A stretch of 64,000 nt of DNA from Blastocladiella emersonii ATCC 22665 (Eukaryota; Fungi; Blastocladiomycota). The notes under the pieces are model-generated. The model did not search any database. It was not told the origin of the DNA and saw nothing but the letters and a program-made list of their open reading frames with translations. Where the stretch lies: contig JANHCV010000013.1 in assembly GCA_025594325.1 (NCBI GenBank), positions 248,001 through 312,000 on the forward strand, written 5' to 3'. The stretch's first letter is position 1. Each line of letters starts with the position of its first letter. Position numbers and translations under genes: made by a program. Shown piece by piece: positions 36,398-48,310 of the stretch.

Positions 36398-37400
36398 TTT
36401 CTCCGACTTTTTTGTTGTTTGATTGTAAGTATGCGGTGTCGTCTCAGCGAGATGTGATTTTGGTCGTCACCACTTGCAAGCGACCCAATCTGCAACTCCT
36501 TGGGTGAGACCGGAAGTAGAGAGAGGCTTGAGAATAGCCAACGGGTGGTTAGGTTGCGCGATTCAAGTGTAAACTCCTGAAGCGTCTTGGGAAGTGCCCG
36601 AACGACTTCAGTCGCTATTTGCTGGTCAAGGGCAGGATCAAGGACAATGAGAGACTGCAGTGAGCTGGGCAAGCATTGAATAAGATAGAGTGACGCGACG
36701 TTGAGCCCCGGCGAAATAAGGTTCAGAGCTTGCAGACCCGGCGGCCAGCGCATTGGCGATAGAGTCTGCGAATGCGACGGAACGCTGCCCAGCCAGCTGC
36801 GAGGGTATTGCACGAACTGCAACAACTGCGGGAGTCTTAGCGCTAGAAAGCGAGGGAGGTCGATGGGTCTATGGTTTGCAACGAACGATTGGAGTGCCTG
36901 CGACGGTTTCGCCATGGCAGCGTTGAGCGCCTCGATTCCGGCCATTGAAATTGGTCTTGCCTCCAGCACAAGGAAGTCGAGCCCGTTGGCGATTTCGGCG
37001 CACAATTCGTCGATAACCTCGTCAACACCAAGTAGTTCGGTGAGCCGTGGATATAAATTCCGGATACATCGAAGTAGTCAGAAAAGTAGGGGCAAGAGTG
37101 GTAAACCTCGGCCCCAAATGCTGGGTACAGACAATAGGATCTGTGAAAGTTGTTCAAGTGCGGCATGAGTTGTTCAAAATCAAGCAGGCCCGAGCCGCGC
37201 CACCACTCGAGTGTTTCAAGGTCTGCGCCGTAAATCGCAGCGTTGAGAGCGCCAAGAGAGCAGCTTGTGAGCCCAACGCCTAGAGCAAGCCGTTTCTTGA
37301 GCATCGCGAGGTCGCCGCGTTCCGTTGCAGCATCGACAGAAAGAATAGTGGCAGTTTCAAGGAGAGCGCGATCGATGCGTGGGGCAAGCGCTCGAGGCAA
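36398..37400 (-). pseudogene. Ankyrin-like + LRR gene, truncated at the Fanzor end
   Basis: AATERGDLAML...LETLEWWRGSGL, followed by LPSSLQSLIV and LPKTLQEFTL repeats in another frame. Confidence 0.6.
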
Positions 37401-37533
37401 GACACGTGCGTACTCGAGCAGTCCCGCTGTGTCGCCCGGGTCGTCGTGCTGTCAGATGGCATGGACGAGAATCCGCTCAAAGATCTCAGGGACATGGCGT
37501 GCCCTGAACATGTTGCATGCGGTTAACATTGTA

Positions 37534-38618
37534 TCAGTCGAAGGGGAAAGACGCTATCGGGAGAGGGGGTTGGGGAGAGGAAGGCGCGGTGACGAGGCCT
37601 TGACGCGTCGCCAAACGCCTCCGTGCGCACGTAACTGAGCAGGTTCCCGCGGTGCACACGGGCATCACCTGATCGTTCGACGCGTCAAACGCGAATTTTC
37701 GAGAACTTCTTCCCTCGGCCACTCGCAATGGCCACTCGCAAGCGTTGAGTGCTGGAGAAACGCATGCGTTGCCCAACACATCGTTCTGCGCCTGCGGGAG
37801 GGACAGGTCGTTGAAGTCGGCCAATCGAGGCGCACGACAACCCAACTGGTCGTCGCTTGGCGCATAAGAGAACACGTTGAGCGCGACGTTCAAGTGCACG
37901 AGCGCGGCCGTGGGCAAGTGCGCCCCGAACCGCGTCAGCGCGCGAACCGCGTCTTGTGCGTCGTATTTGCTAAGCAGGTTGAGCAAGCGGAACAGGGCAT
38001 CATTGCTGTCCGGGACCCTGGTTGGAAGATCGACGGGAGGAACGTGAGCGGCAAGCAGCTCAAGGACGGCAAGGCGATCGTGCTGGAAAGCTGCTTTAAA
38101 AGCGCTCGATCAGTCTCTGCGTATGCCAACAGGGCCCGTGTTCCGGGAACACGCGCAGCCAAAGATCAGGGACAGTGATTCTGAGGTCTCTGTCGTTGAA
38201 CAACTGTGTCAACAGGACGGGCTTGGCGCAGCTGGCGCAGCGATCCGCTGTTGTCTCTAGACAACTTGAGCACGTCGGCGCGCTTCGCGTCTGTTGCACG
38301 GCGCGGCAAGATCGGCGAAGACCTTGTTCGAAGCACAGCCTGGGCCCCGCGTCGCGCCGTCTTTCTAGTATGACGCCGTTGCCCGCGCGGCCCGCCTCCT
38401 AGCGCTCCAGGACCATAGTAGCAGTCAAACCCGAGTTTGCGCCACCAGTAAAGTACGTCGATGCGGCCCATGCGTGAGCCCTTGCCAATGGTGGACGGCG
38501 AGCAGTGGAGGACCTCACGGCGAGGTGGGCACGCGGCGCTGCGCAGCAGGGGCAAGCTGCCCAATCTTGCCGCCATGTCGAGGTCAAGCGAATAGAAGCA
38601 ACGCAAGACTACAAGCAC
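37534..38618 (-). pseudogene. Ankyrin-like + LRR gene fragment
   Basis: GSRMGRIDVLYWWRKLG motif, with fragmented downstream frames. Confidence 0.45.
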
Positions 38619-39873
38619 CGCAAGACGACCCGACGGCCGACTCTACTTGGCGGCATGCCATGGGCGTCCACGGCCAACGGTCAACCCAGCAGAAGGTCAA
38701 GGCGGGAATCTCCCCGATGATCTCGCACGGCTATTGCAGCAGCTTAGGATTCATGGGCTTCGTGTGCGTGAGTTCACGGTCGAGCAGCACCCTGGCAGCC
38801 GCGACGGACGAAGAAGCGCGTCGCGACGCGGCACGTGGGCGGCACCGCTGCGGCAGCAGGGGGGCTAAGGCGGCAGGCGGGCGGGCTTGCCATGGGGCTT
38901 GCCGGCTTCGCCCCGACTCACTCGCTCGACTCGCTCGTCCGCGCTCCCCGCTCCCGCGGCACTCCATGAAACACCCGTCGTCGTTTTTATGAAACACTCC
39001 ATGCAACTGGACCCTCAACATCCAAGCTTGCGCGCCATGAGCTTTGCTGACCTTCCGGCCGAAGTCGCCGTCGCCGTCGGGCAGCTCGCTCAACCTCGCT
39101 TGGCGATTCCGCTTGCCTCCCGCGCGACCCATCTCATGGCCTCGAATGCCCATGTCCTCTCCAACTGGATGATCAGTGAAATCTCTCGCTTCCAGCCCGA
39201 ACGGCCTCTAATGCGACCCGACATGTCCTTCGCCCAATACGAGAATGTTCAGCCGTTCAAAAATGTATGGTCCACGACACACGCTTCTCTTCGCGCGCGC
39301 TGGCAAGTTCCCGCCCAGTCCGACCTTGGTATCAAGCCGACGTCGCTTGACGCTCGTCGCTGCAACGCTGAGTCTTTGATGCGTGCGCTGACCCGCTGTG
39401 TCTCCGCACGCGCTGCTACGCGCCCGCCGCCTCCTCAAGTCTCCGTAGAGGGTAGCTCCTTGCCCTCCTTTGATCTCCGCGCGATTGTCGATGGCGCGAA
39501 ATCGGCCTGTTTGAGCCAACTTTACCAGCACCCCTTAGCCGTATTTTTTCTAGTCGCAGTGCACACGGTCATCACAGGCCACGCTTGCTTCCTCGAGTTC
39601 ATCCTTGCTGAAATCGAGCTCATGTGGCCGCAGTTGCTTACGGTCACTTTTGACTGGTACGCGTGGATGGACATGTTAAACTTTGTCAAGCTACAAGGCG
39701 AGATCGTGTTTACTTATGCCAGCTTCGCACCTCGCTTTAGGGCCCGTTTGGTTCCGGGGTGAATCAGGTGGATCAATCGATTTTACACGGTCCGGTGTTC
39801 ACCCAGCTGAAACGTGGCATTTTCACCCCGTCGCGTTCATCGCGGCGTTTGGGTCGACCCCCGGATGAGCTGA

Positions 39874-40338
39874 ATGGAACCCTCGTCGCTGAATTGCCCG
39901 TCTGCTCGCCCCCGAAACCTTCAGGCTGTGCTTCCCGGCCTATATAAACGCTGTTTTCCTTCGTGGGGCAGCTCGACCACCACCGGCGAGTACTCGCACC
40001 TCGAGCAGGACGGCAAGGAGTCTGGTGACGTGGAAGGTGTCGATGGTCAAGACGACGCGGCCCCCGCCAGCAAGCGCAGCCGCACTTCGGACAGCAGCTC
40101 GCGTCGCCTCTCGGACTCGGAATTCCTCATGGGCATCAAGGAGGTGTTCCAGAGCGTCGCGACCGCCGACTCCAAGCCCGTCCTGACCGCCGCACTTGAA
40201 TGGGTCCAGGACGCGTACAACGACAATGAAGAGTACCAGATCGACGTCGCCACCCGCCTGACCGAGGATCAAGCGCTTCGCGTCATGGCCGTGTCCGAAT
40301 CGAAGCGCAAGCGCATCCTCGAGATTTTCATTCAGTAG
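39874..40338 (+). pseudogene. Probable C-terminal remnant of the Harbinger partner ORF (no Myb/SANT domain seen)
   Basis: Lies inside the element opposite the transposase, is GC3-rich from ~39970, and has an acidic/helical tail. No N-terminal Myb/SANT motif is recognisable. Confidence 0.5.
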
Positions 40339-40651
40339 CTCACTCGCACATGTCCCCCTCCCCTCGCGTTGCTTCCTGGCCTTGTTCTCGCCCATTTGTG
40401 TCCAATACATCTGGCTTTGTGTCCATCGTATCTTCAATCGTTACCCTTGGCTCGAAAATGACGCGACTCGTTGAGAAACGCGTGGTTCGCAAAGTGTCTC
40501 ACACGTCACGTGATTGATCGACGCGTCTCCACCGATGCGTTCTGACCTCAGCGACGCGTCAAATCATCTAGAATCGCTTATATAACATTATAGTACTTGA
40601 CAAATCAGTATATTACAGCATGCATGCGGGTACAACAATTATTTCGCGCCT

Positions 40652-41969
40652 TCAAAGATGGGTCCCACGAGCGGCCATGACGCGCCTGTACTCGGTCCAA
40701 AGAACATTTGCGATGCGGTTCCGAAGCGAGATACCGCGCTGACGAGCTCCGTCCAGCGAGGCCTCGAGGACAGCGGCCTCGTCGTCCTCCTCGTTCTCGT
40801 CGTTCAGGGGCTCGCGCCCACGCACACGCGCCTCACGCGCCGCGTCCCGCGCGCGCCGGAGCTCCGTCTCGGCGTCGCGAAAGAAGGCGTCGCCGCCTTG
40901 GTTCCACCTGTTGATCATGTTGTGCAGCGTGCAGAGCGCGTACACAAGCTTGACTTGAGTCTTGATTGGGTAGGCCGCGCCAATCGAGAGGACGCGGAAC
41001 CGCTTCTTGAGCACGCCAAAGATACGCTCAACAGAGTTGCGGAGCGACGCGTGACGCAGATTGAAAAGCTCCTCGCGGTTCTTAACTCTACGTACGTTGA
41101 TGAAGCGGATGAGATGGCGCCAACGTGATGGTCATGGCAGTGAGAACGTACCCATCCTTGCCGCGGGCAAACTCGCGAAGATGATAGCGGGTACCGCGGA
41201 AGGGCACGATGATGGACGTGCGGTTTGCGTAGCCGCCGTCGGCGAGGTAGAAGCGGCCGGCGGGGATCTTGAACCCACGGGCGAAGGCGTCCGAGAGCAC
41301 GCGCGAGTCATGCGCCTTGCCCTCCCACCCTGCGAGAACGTAGGTGAAGTTCAAGTCAAAGTCGCAGGCAGCGAGGACATTTGAGTATATGGTCCCCTTG
41401 CGGTTTCGGAACGAGTCGTGAAGCTTAGTGGGCACAACAAACGGGATGTGCGTTCCGTCAAGCGCGCCGACCGCGTTCTGGAACGGAGCGTATTTCGGGT
41501 CGTGGGCGATGCGCTCATGCACGGGCGTAGAATCGGACGGCTGGACAATGAACTCGGGCATCAGGCGGTACAGAGCGTCGAGCACTTGCTTCAGAACCCT
41601 GGACGCGGTCTCGCCAGAGATTTGGAACCGCTCCCTGAGGTTGCGGTTGGTGCTGCCCTCGCCGGCCATGACAAGAAAAACCATGAAGCGCGCCTCGACG
41701 GACAGCTCGCGGCCGTCGGCGAGAAGGCCACGGTCGCGGAACAGGCGGCAGATGGCCTTGAAGGTCTCGCGGGGCATACGGGCGATTTCCGAAAAACGCG
41801 TTTCGCTGTTGCACGTCAGCAGCTCTTGAACCCACGACTCGCCAGAAAGCGTGGACGTGCGGATAGGCTCCCACGAGCGGCGCTCGTTGCGCGCAGCGAG
41901 ACGTCGCAGGAGAGCGAGGGCGGCCGTGAGCATGAGGCCGCGCAGCTTGCGGTTGTATCCCTTGCCCAT
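40652..41969 (-). CDS. Harbinger (HARBI1-like, DDE_Tnp_4) transposase, 417 aa, 2 exons
   Basis: GALDGTHI, LADGGY and SVERIFGVLKKRF give D-D-E. The 64-nt GTACGT...TAG intron (41088-41151) restores the frame. Confidence 0.92.
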
Positions 41970-44959
41970 GTTGTTTGAGGGCTCGAGAACACGATGCGTG
42001 AGGTTAGGTGTTGATTCGTTGCAATAAGTGCGGCTGCAAAGAGGTGGGAAAGATTTTATTGCGGGGGGGGCGTTCATCCAGCGGGGCGTTTGGTTCGCAC
42101 GGCCGCTGAGATGAACGGGGGTGAGGTGAAACGTGGCAACTTTTTCAGCTGCTCCACCTGATCTGAACCAAACGGGCCCTTACTGAATTTCTCGCCTTCG
42201 TTGCAATTGCCTCTTGGCAACCTGAGCCGCTCCAGCTCCTCTCGCGCCCTTGCGGTAACGAAAATCTTGCAAAGCTCGCTGTGGACCTTTCAACAAAGTA
42301 TGCTGCTGCGTGGCTCTTTCAAAATCACCGGAGTCACCATCCCCGCGAGCAGTTCTGCGTCCCAACCGACGAGAACCTGGCAAGCATTGTTGGGTGGCTC
42401 TACACACGCGGCTGGTACAATTCAACGACGTATCGGAATGAGAAAACTACGCCTCTGCATGTGATAGCTGGCTTTCCTAAGGCTCTTGCACTGCTCTATT
42501 CTCAGCATCGCGAGAGTCTTGAAAATGATATCCACATTCTTGGCAGGGCGCGTTTCGTGTCTCAAATGACCGAGGATTACATTGCCAAGCGGTACCCAAT
42601 TGAAAATGTTGCGCCATTGCTTCCTTGCGGACTGGTCGACCAGGAATACTTTGCTCACGCACTTGGAGACGCTCTTTGTTGGCAACAGGCAGAACAAGTG
42701 GCTCAGATTCGCTTGGCCGTCGCCTCTTACGATTCCTTCTGGGACGAGCTCCTCGTCACTGGTATGTGCACTAATATTTTCTCGTCCGAGTTCCTCGTTT
42801 TTAAACTTAATCTAACCACCATCCGCTCGATATCAAGCTTTCGACTTGATCTGTGTGATGCCTGACGCCACACCGCATGCCGTTGATGAGTTGATTTACC
42901 TTGCACGCACAACCGGTTCACCTGGTTTGGTTGATCGTCTTGGCCTTGAGCTTTTTGGGGGCGACGAGGACAAGGACACGACGCTCAATCGCTTTGGTTT
43001 CATTTCTCTACTTTTCGGCGCAAGCGAGCTCAAGGCAGATCGACTTGATGTCTTCAACACTATTTTGCGCATTCTTCCTGTTGAGCCAGACGAGGTGGCA
43101 TTTTCACCCGCTGCTGCAGCTCAGGCAATTGCTTGGCTCGCCAGTTCCTTCCTGGGGGCACAGGGAACCAAGGCAAATTAAATTCGCTGGAACTTGTCCG
43201 TGAATCCAACGCTGCTCAGTCGCTTCTTTGCGCGATGCTTGCTGCTCACTTCTCGTCCCACTTTGATCTAGTTTTCCCAGCTGCACCCGGGTTGACTGTG
43301 TGCCCCAACTGTCCGTTTTCCTACCAGCCTGCATTCCGCGACATGTTCCTGACGCTCCTGGACTTGATCGACCCAAACGCTGACATGTTGCCGTTCCTCT
43401 CAACCTTCCTTTCATCGGTCCAACGTGAACACGAGCTGGCGTTGCAGCACGAGAGCGCAAACACGTGCTGCTCCGCGAACTCGAACGTCAACACTTCTTC
43501 GCTCATTGTAAACGCGATTGGAGCAAAGGCACCCAAGCTTCTCTTTGATGTTCTCTTGGAGCTTTGGCCGTTCTCGCCACTCCTTACTCAGACGCTTGCT
43601 AGCGGCGCGCTGCTTCGCATCAAGACCTTCGATGAACTGAAAGAGTTGGTCGAAGGCAACCCGCATGCACGCCACGAGCACATTGCTGAGTTGTCACGTA
43701 TCACCGCAGCAGATACGAAGCTGTCCGAGTGCCTGCTTGCCAAGCGGGGCCATGACCTGCGCGCCAAGTTTCAGCGGCGCTATCCGTCCTCGTCTTGACC
43801 CCGTTGTTCATTTTGTCTTCATTCTTGTCACGTTTCGTCTTCGAATTCAAATTCAAATTCAAATTCTTTGTTCTTAACTCGATCGTGACGGGAAAGTGCA
43901 CACTCTTTAACGAAATGTGGTGGACGTCACGCAGTGGCTCAAAACAAAGCGGCGACCATGGTGGTTCTCACGAGCGCTCAGCTTCAACGCGAGTCGAAAG
44001 GGCGTCTGATGTGCGAAAAGCCATCCGCTGATTGGTTGCCTTCAACGGTGCACCACAAAAACACGCATTGGTCGCCACCTTTGAAGTTTCGTGCTAGTTG
44101 CTGGTCATAGAGGGCGGCGGAATTTGTCTGGGGAATGATTGACTCTACCAGTACGTCGCCAAGGACGCGCGAGTTTCTCGCGTGCAAGGTGCGATGGTGC
44201 GTGTCTCGCGTGGATAGGTTGTGAGTGACTAACCTTGCACTATTATGCTCCCTGTGACGATCACTCGAGAGTAGATGGGCGGCGGGCTCTGCGCAAGTGT
44301 TTTCGGCACTCTCGCCAAGCAACTGCTGGAGTCGGGTCGCACCAGCCAGCATACACATCCTCTGCTCAATCCGCATCGAACCAACAGCGGCCGCTGTCGT
44401 GGATGCCCCACTCGCCGCATCGTCCACGTCTGCACATGACTGCCTGCGCAAACTCCTTGGCCTGTGCCTTGCGCTCCCTGTTGCAACGACCAGCAACTCT
44501 CAACCGCTGCATGAAAACGCGCTTGCTGGCCGTGTTCTATCGCGTCGCTTCTCACCCCCATTGCGAGTGCTGTCGCTGCGACTCACACGAACACGCGTTC
44601 ATGTTGGCCAACGCGGCAGTCAAGTGGCGCAGTAGCGCCGGCAGCCTCACAGCTTGCTCCCGTGAAGACCGAGCTGTACTCGCCAGCAGATGGTGTCAAT
44701 GCGGTCCTCGCGTGAGATCTCGCAGAGCGTGCATCAAGGGTTGGAGCGAGACTCACGGTCGCGGTACGGCGCGATCACGCCTAGCAGGAGCCTGATGACA
44801 TTGATTTTGCATGAAAAGCAGCAGCAGCCTCGAGCAATCTGGCACTGCGCGCATCCTGCACCAGGTCGGAAAGAACAAGATTATATGTAAGAAGCTCATC
44901 GAACCGTGAAGGAGGGACAACAGTATGCGGACACACGCGCTATAGACGCGTACGAGCGA

Positions 44960-47900
44960 CCTTGACCGTCGAGGGGCACTCTCCTGCGCGCCAGGCCCAC
45001 GCGACGCGGCGGCGGCGGGTGGCTCAGCTGCGGCGGAGCCGCAGTGAGTCGCCGCCGACGTCGCGCCGGGCGAGCTCAGCGATCAGGCGAGCGTGGGGGC
45101 CCCCTCGGCGGGCTGACATGAAGAACTTCAGAGGTCCACCCGACTTGATTCGATAGTAGTTTCTGACGCGTCGTCTTGCGCAATCGGGCCGTTGATGGTC
45201 TTGCGCAGGACCGCCCCGTGGGTCAGGGAGATCATGCGGCATCGGTCTTGGTTGTGACGGGCGGGCTGCTGCGCGCACGTCCGGCACCGCTGGCGGCGGG
45301 TCTCGTCGTCCTCGTCCTCGTCGCCGGCGTTGCCCGGCTGCGGCTGCAGCTGGGGCTGCGGGCGCGGCCGGCGCCGCTGCTGGCGGGTCTCGGCGCGGGC
45401 CTGGTCCTGCGGCTGGTCGCGGGTCTCACCGCGGCGGCGCTGGCGCGTCGGCGCGAGCGGGCGCACTCGTTCGGTACGGCGGCGGCGGTACCGAGCGTTG
45501 CGGTGCGGCGTCTGGACCCGGGCGGCGGTCTGGGACCCGACGAACGGCACCCACATGCGCGAGCGCAGTAGCGACGCGGCGGCGTCGTACAGCTGAGCGG
45601 CGAGGCGGCGCGGGGACGGGAGCGGGTGGAGCGCGGTCGCGGCGGCGGCGGCGGCCGGGCTGCCCAGGAACTCGCGACACGCATGCACCGCGCCGCGCGT
45701 GATGGCGCAGGCGGACAGGCGGGCCGCGGCGGCGGCGGGGATGTGCGTGGTAGCGGGCGGCAGCGCGTCCTCGCCAGGGATCGGCAGGCCGGCCGCTTCC
45801 GCCGCGTGGCGCGAGGCCACCCAGCCAGGGATGGCCGCTACGCGAGCGGCGAGCATCGCGGCGCGGTCGGCGCGCAGCTCGCCGAGGTCGAGGCGCTGCA
45901 GGTGCAGCAGGTCGGGGCCGAGCAGCGCGTCGATCAGCACGCCGGCGGCGGGGTTCAGGGCGGCGTCGTGCTTGGCCGCGCCGACGGACGTGAGCTGGCT
46001 GAGCCACGACTTGGCGATCTGGTCAAGCGTCTCGACGCGCTGGTCGTCCATGTGCTGGCACTGGAACCAGTGGAACGGCGTGTCCACCTGGCGGCACGAG
46101 CAGCGGGGCGGCGTGTCCACCTGGCGGCACGAGCAGCGGGGCGGCGTGTCCACCTGGCGACACGAGCAGCGGGGCGCCATGTCCAGCGCTTCGCGGCACG
46201 TGCGGCAGCGGGTCTCGAGGTCCTCGCTCGCGATGCACTCGGCCCTGCCACAGTTGGGCACGGCGATGCGGTCGACCGAGTGCAGCGACTCGCGGCACGG
46301 CAGCTTGTTGGCGAGTGCGCGCAGGCGGAAGGACGTCTCCTTGTTCTGGTCGCGCGCCGCACCTCGCGCGAGCGGGCGCGACCCGCCGTGGAGCGCGAGC
46401 GCGGTCGCCTCCCAGTCGAGCTCCTCGGCCTGGGCGGCGGCGGCGTTCGCGGCCGCTACAGCGGCGGCTGCAGCATCGGCGGCGGGTGCAGGCTTGGGCG
46501 CGGGCGGCGGCGGCTGCGCGAGCGCGAGGTGCGCCACGTTCTCGGCGAGCACCGCGTCGCGGCACTCGGCCTGCGCGAGATCGCGCATGAACTTGCGCGG
46601 GTCGCCGCCAATCTCGTGGTCGAAAAAGGCGGGGACGTGGTGGAGGTCCGACTCGGTGCGCGTGCGTTTCGAAAAGTACGTGTCCGAGGCGGGTGGCTGG
46701 TTCGCCGCGGCCTTGGCGGCGCGGTCGGCGACGTTGTTGGGCGTGGTCGGGTCGTCGGCGTGGCCGCGGACCCACGAGAAGGTGACCTTGACGTTGCGGT
46801 CACGCAGCGCGAGGCGGAGCGCGGACCACAGGTCGCTCGACGCGCACCGGACGCGCTGGCGCACCGTCGCCGTCGGCGAGAGCTGCGTGCGCGCGGCCTC
46901 GATGGCGGCCTGCGAGTCCGAGTAGATGTGCAGCGCGGTCCCGGCGGCGACCTGCAACACGGCGAGGACGAACGCGTGGATCTCGGCGCGCGTCGACGAG
47001 AACGGGCCGGGCGGCAGCTTGGCGGCGGCAATGTGGCCCACGTCGTCGTCCGTGACGCCGTTGGCGGCCGCGCGGCAATCAGCATCGTGGCGCGTGGCCG
47101 TGTCGTAGCCGTCGGGCATCGGGAACACGGCGGCGGAGCCCGCGCGCGCGACGCCGTCGGGGCCCGGGCGGTCCGCATAGTACGAGCCGTCCGTGTACGC
47201 GACGACGACGTTGCTCAGGGTGGGCATGATCTGGAACCCGACGGCGCGGACAGGATCGGCGAGCGCAGCGGCGGGGCGGGGGCGGGTGTGGCGGAAGACG
47301 AGCGGCGGCGCGCCGGCGGGCGCGGGCGGGTCGTCGCCCATGGGCAGCGCGGGCGGGTACATTTCCTGGCCGTGGCTGATGTCCGTGATCCGGGCGTGGT
47401 TGCGGTTCGCCACGTCGAGCAGGATCTGGGCGACGTGGCGGTCGTCGGCGTTCATGCGCGCGTTGCCGTTGTCCGTGAGCGGCACGCGGAACTCCTTGAC
47501 GAGCTGCCGTACGTCCTTGGTCTCCATGCGGCGGAGCATCGGCAGCGTGTACTTGCGCCCGATGAGGCCGTCGTCGTTGTCGGGCGGGTACTCGAGCAGC
47601 GTCTCGAGCGTGTACAGGGGCAGCCACCGGATCAGGTTCTTGGTCCAGACGCGGTCCTGGTTCTTCTTGCCGCGCACCGTCATGTCAGGCGCGACGAGGA
47701 CCGTGGGCGTGCAGTTGCCGGCGACGATGAGGTTGTAGTCGCGGCGGCGGTCCACGATCGACATCTTGCGCCGCTGCATGAGCAGCAGCAGGTTGTCGTA
47801 CCACACGCACGGCAGCTGGTTGGACATGGGCACGAGCGCGAGGTCGGGCCGCTCGAGCGGCGAGAACGCGCACTGCGTCTGGAACTGGAGGATGCCGAGC

Positions 47901-48142
47901 TCGCAGCGCGCGGGCACGCCGTGCGGGCGCGGGTCGTTGAGCATGACGCACAGGTCGGTGACGTGCTGCTGCGTGATCAGGTCGGCGAGCGAGTGCAGGC
48001 CGATGATGTCGCGGTCGTGCAGCATGGCCGTGGGGAACGTGTTGGGCAGCTTGTACTTGCGGCGCACGAGCGCGCGCGCCGACTGGTCGATGCGGTCGAG
48101 CTGCGCGAGCGACGGCACGCGGAACTGCACCACGGGGTCCGA
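44960..48142 (-). mobile_element. 5'-truncated non-LTR retrotransposon: post-RT region, RNase H and CCHC modules; RT core absent
   Basis: ORF 45128-48151 has RNase H motifs YTDGS, RAEIHA, IYSDSQ and WVRGH..NNVADRAAK, plus NKLP...C..C...HWFQC and a terminal CRTC.....H....C. Confidence 0.85.
46077..46175 (+). repeat. Three 33-bp in-frame tandem repeats (DTPPRCSCRQV on the minus strand)
   Basis: Unit GGCGTGTCCACCTGGCGGCACGAGCAGCGGGGC. Confidence 0.9.
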
Positions 48143-48146
48143 GCTA

Positions 48147-48310
48147 GTCAAGGGGTCGGCGATAAGGCCGCAAGGGACATCAGCCCAGTAGGAACTGCTC
48201 CCCTCCGTGCTGGGCTTTCAACCCCACCCCTCCCCCACCCTACCCCACCCCACCCAACCCAACCTCAACGTCAACCTCAACTAAACTCAACCAACCTCTA
48301 CTCAACTCGC
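48147..48310 (+). other. Stem-loop-rich segment followed by a C/A-rich simple-repeat tail, abutting the truncated retroelement
   Basis: Stems CGGC/GCCG (48157-48170) and AGCCCAG/CTGGGCT (48182-48216), then CCCCA/CAAC-type low complexity. Confidence 0.45.

Larger units (their letters stand above)
39740..42179 (-). mobile_element. PIF/Harbinger DNA transposon, 2440 bp
   Basis: Perfect 15-bp TIR GGGCCCGTTTGGTTC at both ends. TTA TSD at 39737-39739 and 42180-42182. Contains a DDE transposase. Confidence 0.95.
39001..43798 (+). pseudogene. F-box-like family copy D, interrupted by the Harbinger element and by later frameshifts
   Basis: MSFADLPAEVAVAVGQLAQPR start. Removing 39740-42182 gives in-frame PRFTEFLAF...VDLSTKY joining ORF 42281-42865. 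C-terminal CPNCPFSYQ...NTCC in 43133-43798. Confidence 0.75.

Noticed and set aside
48150-48220. Hammerhead-like GAAA...CTGATG on the minus strand
   Set aside because: Core spacing and the stem III/cleavage triplet do not fit the consensus (CTGATGT rather than CTGATGA).
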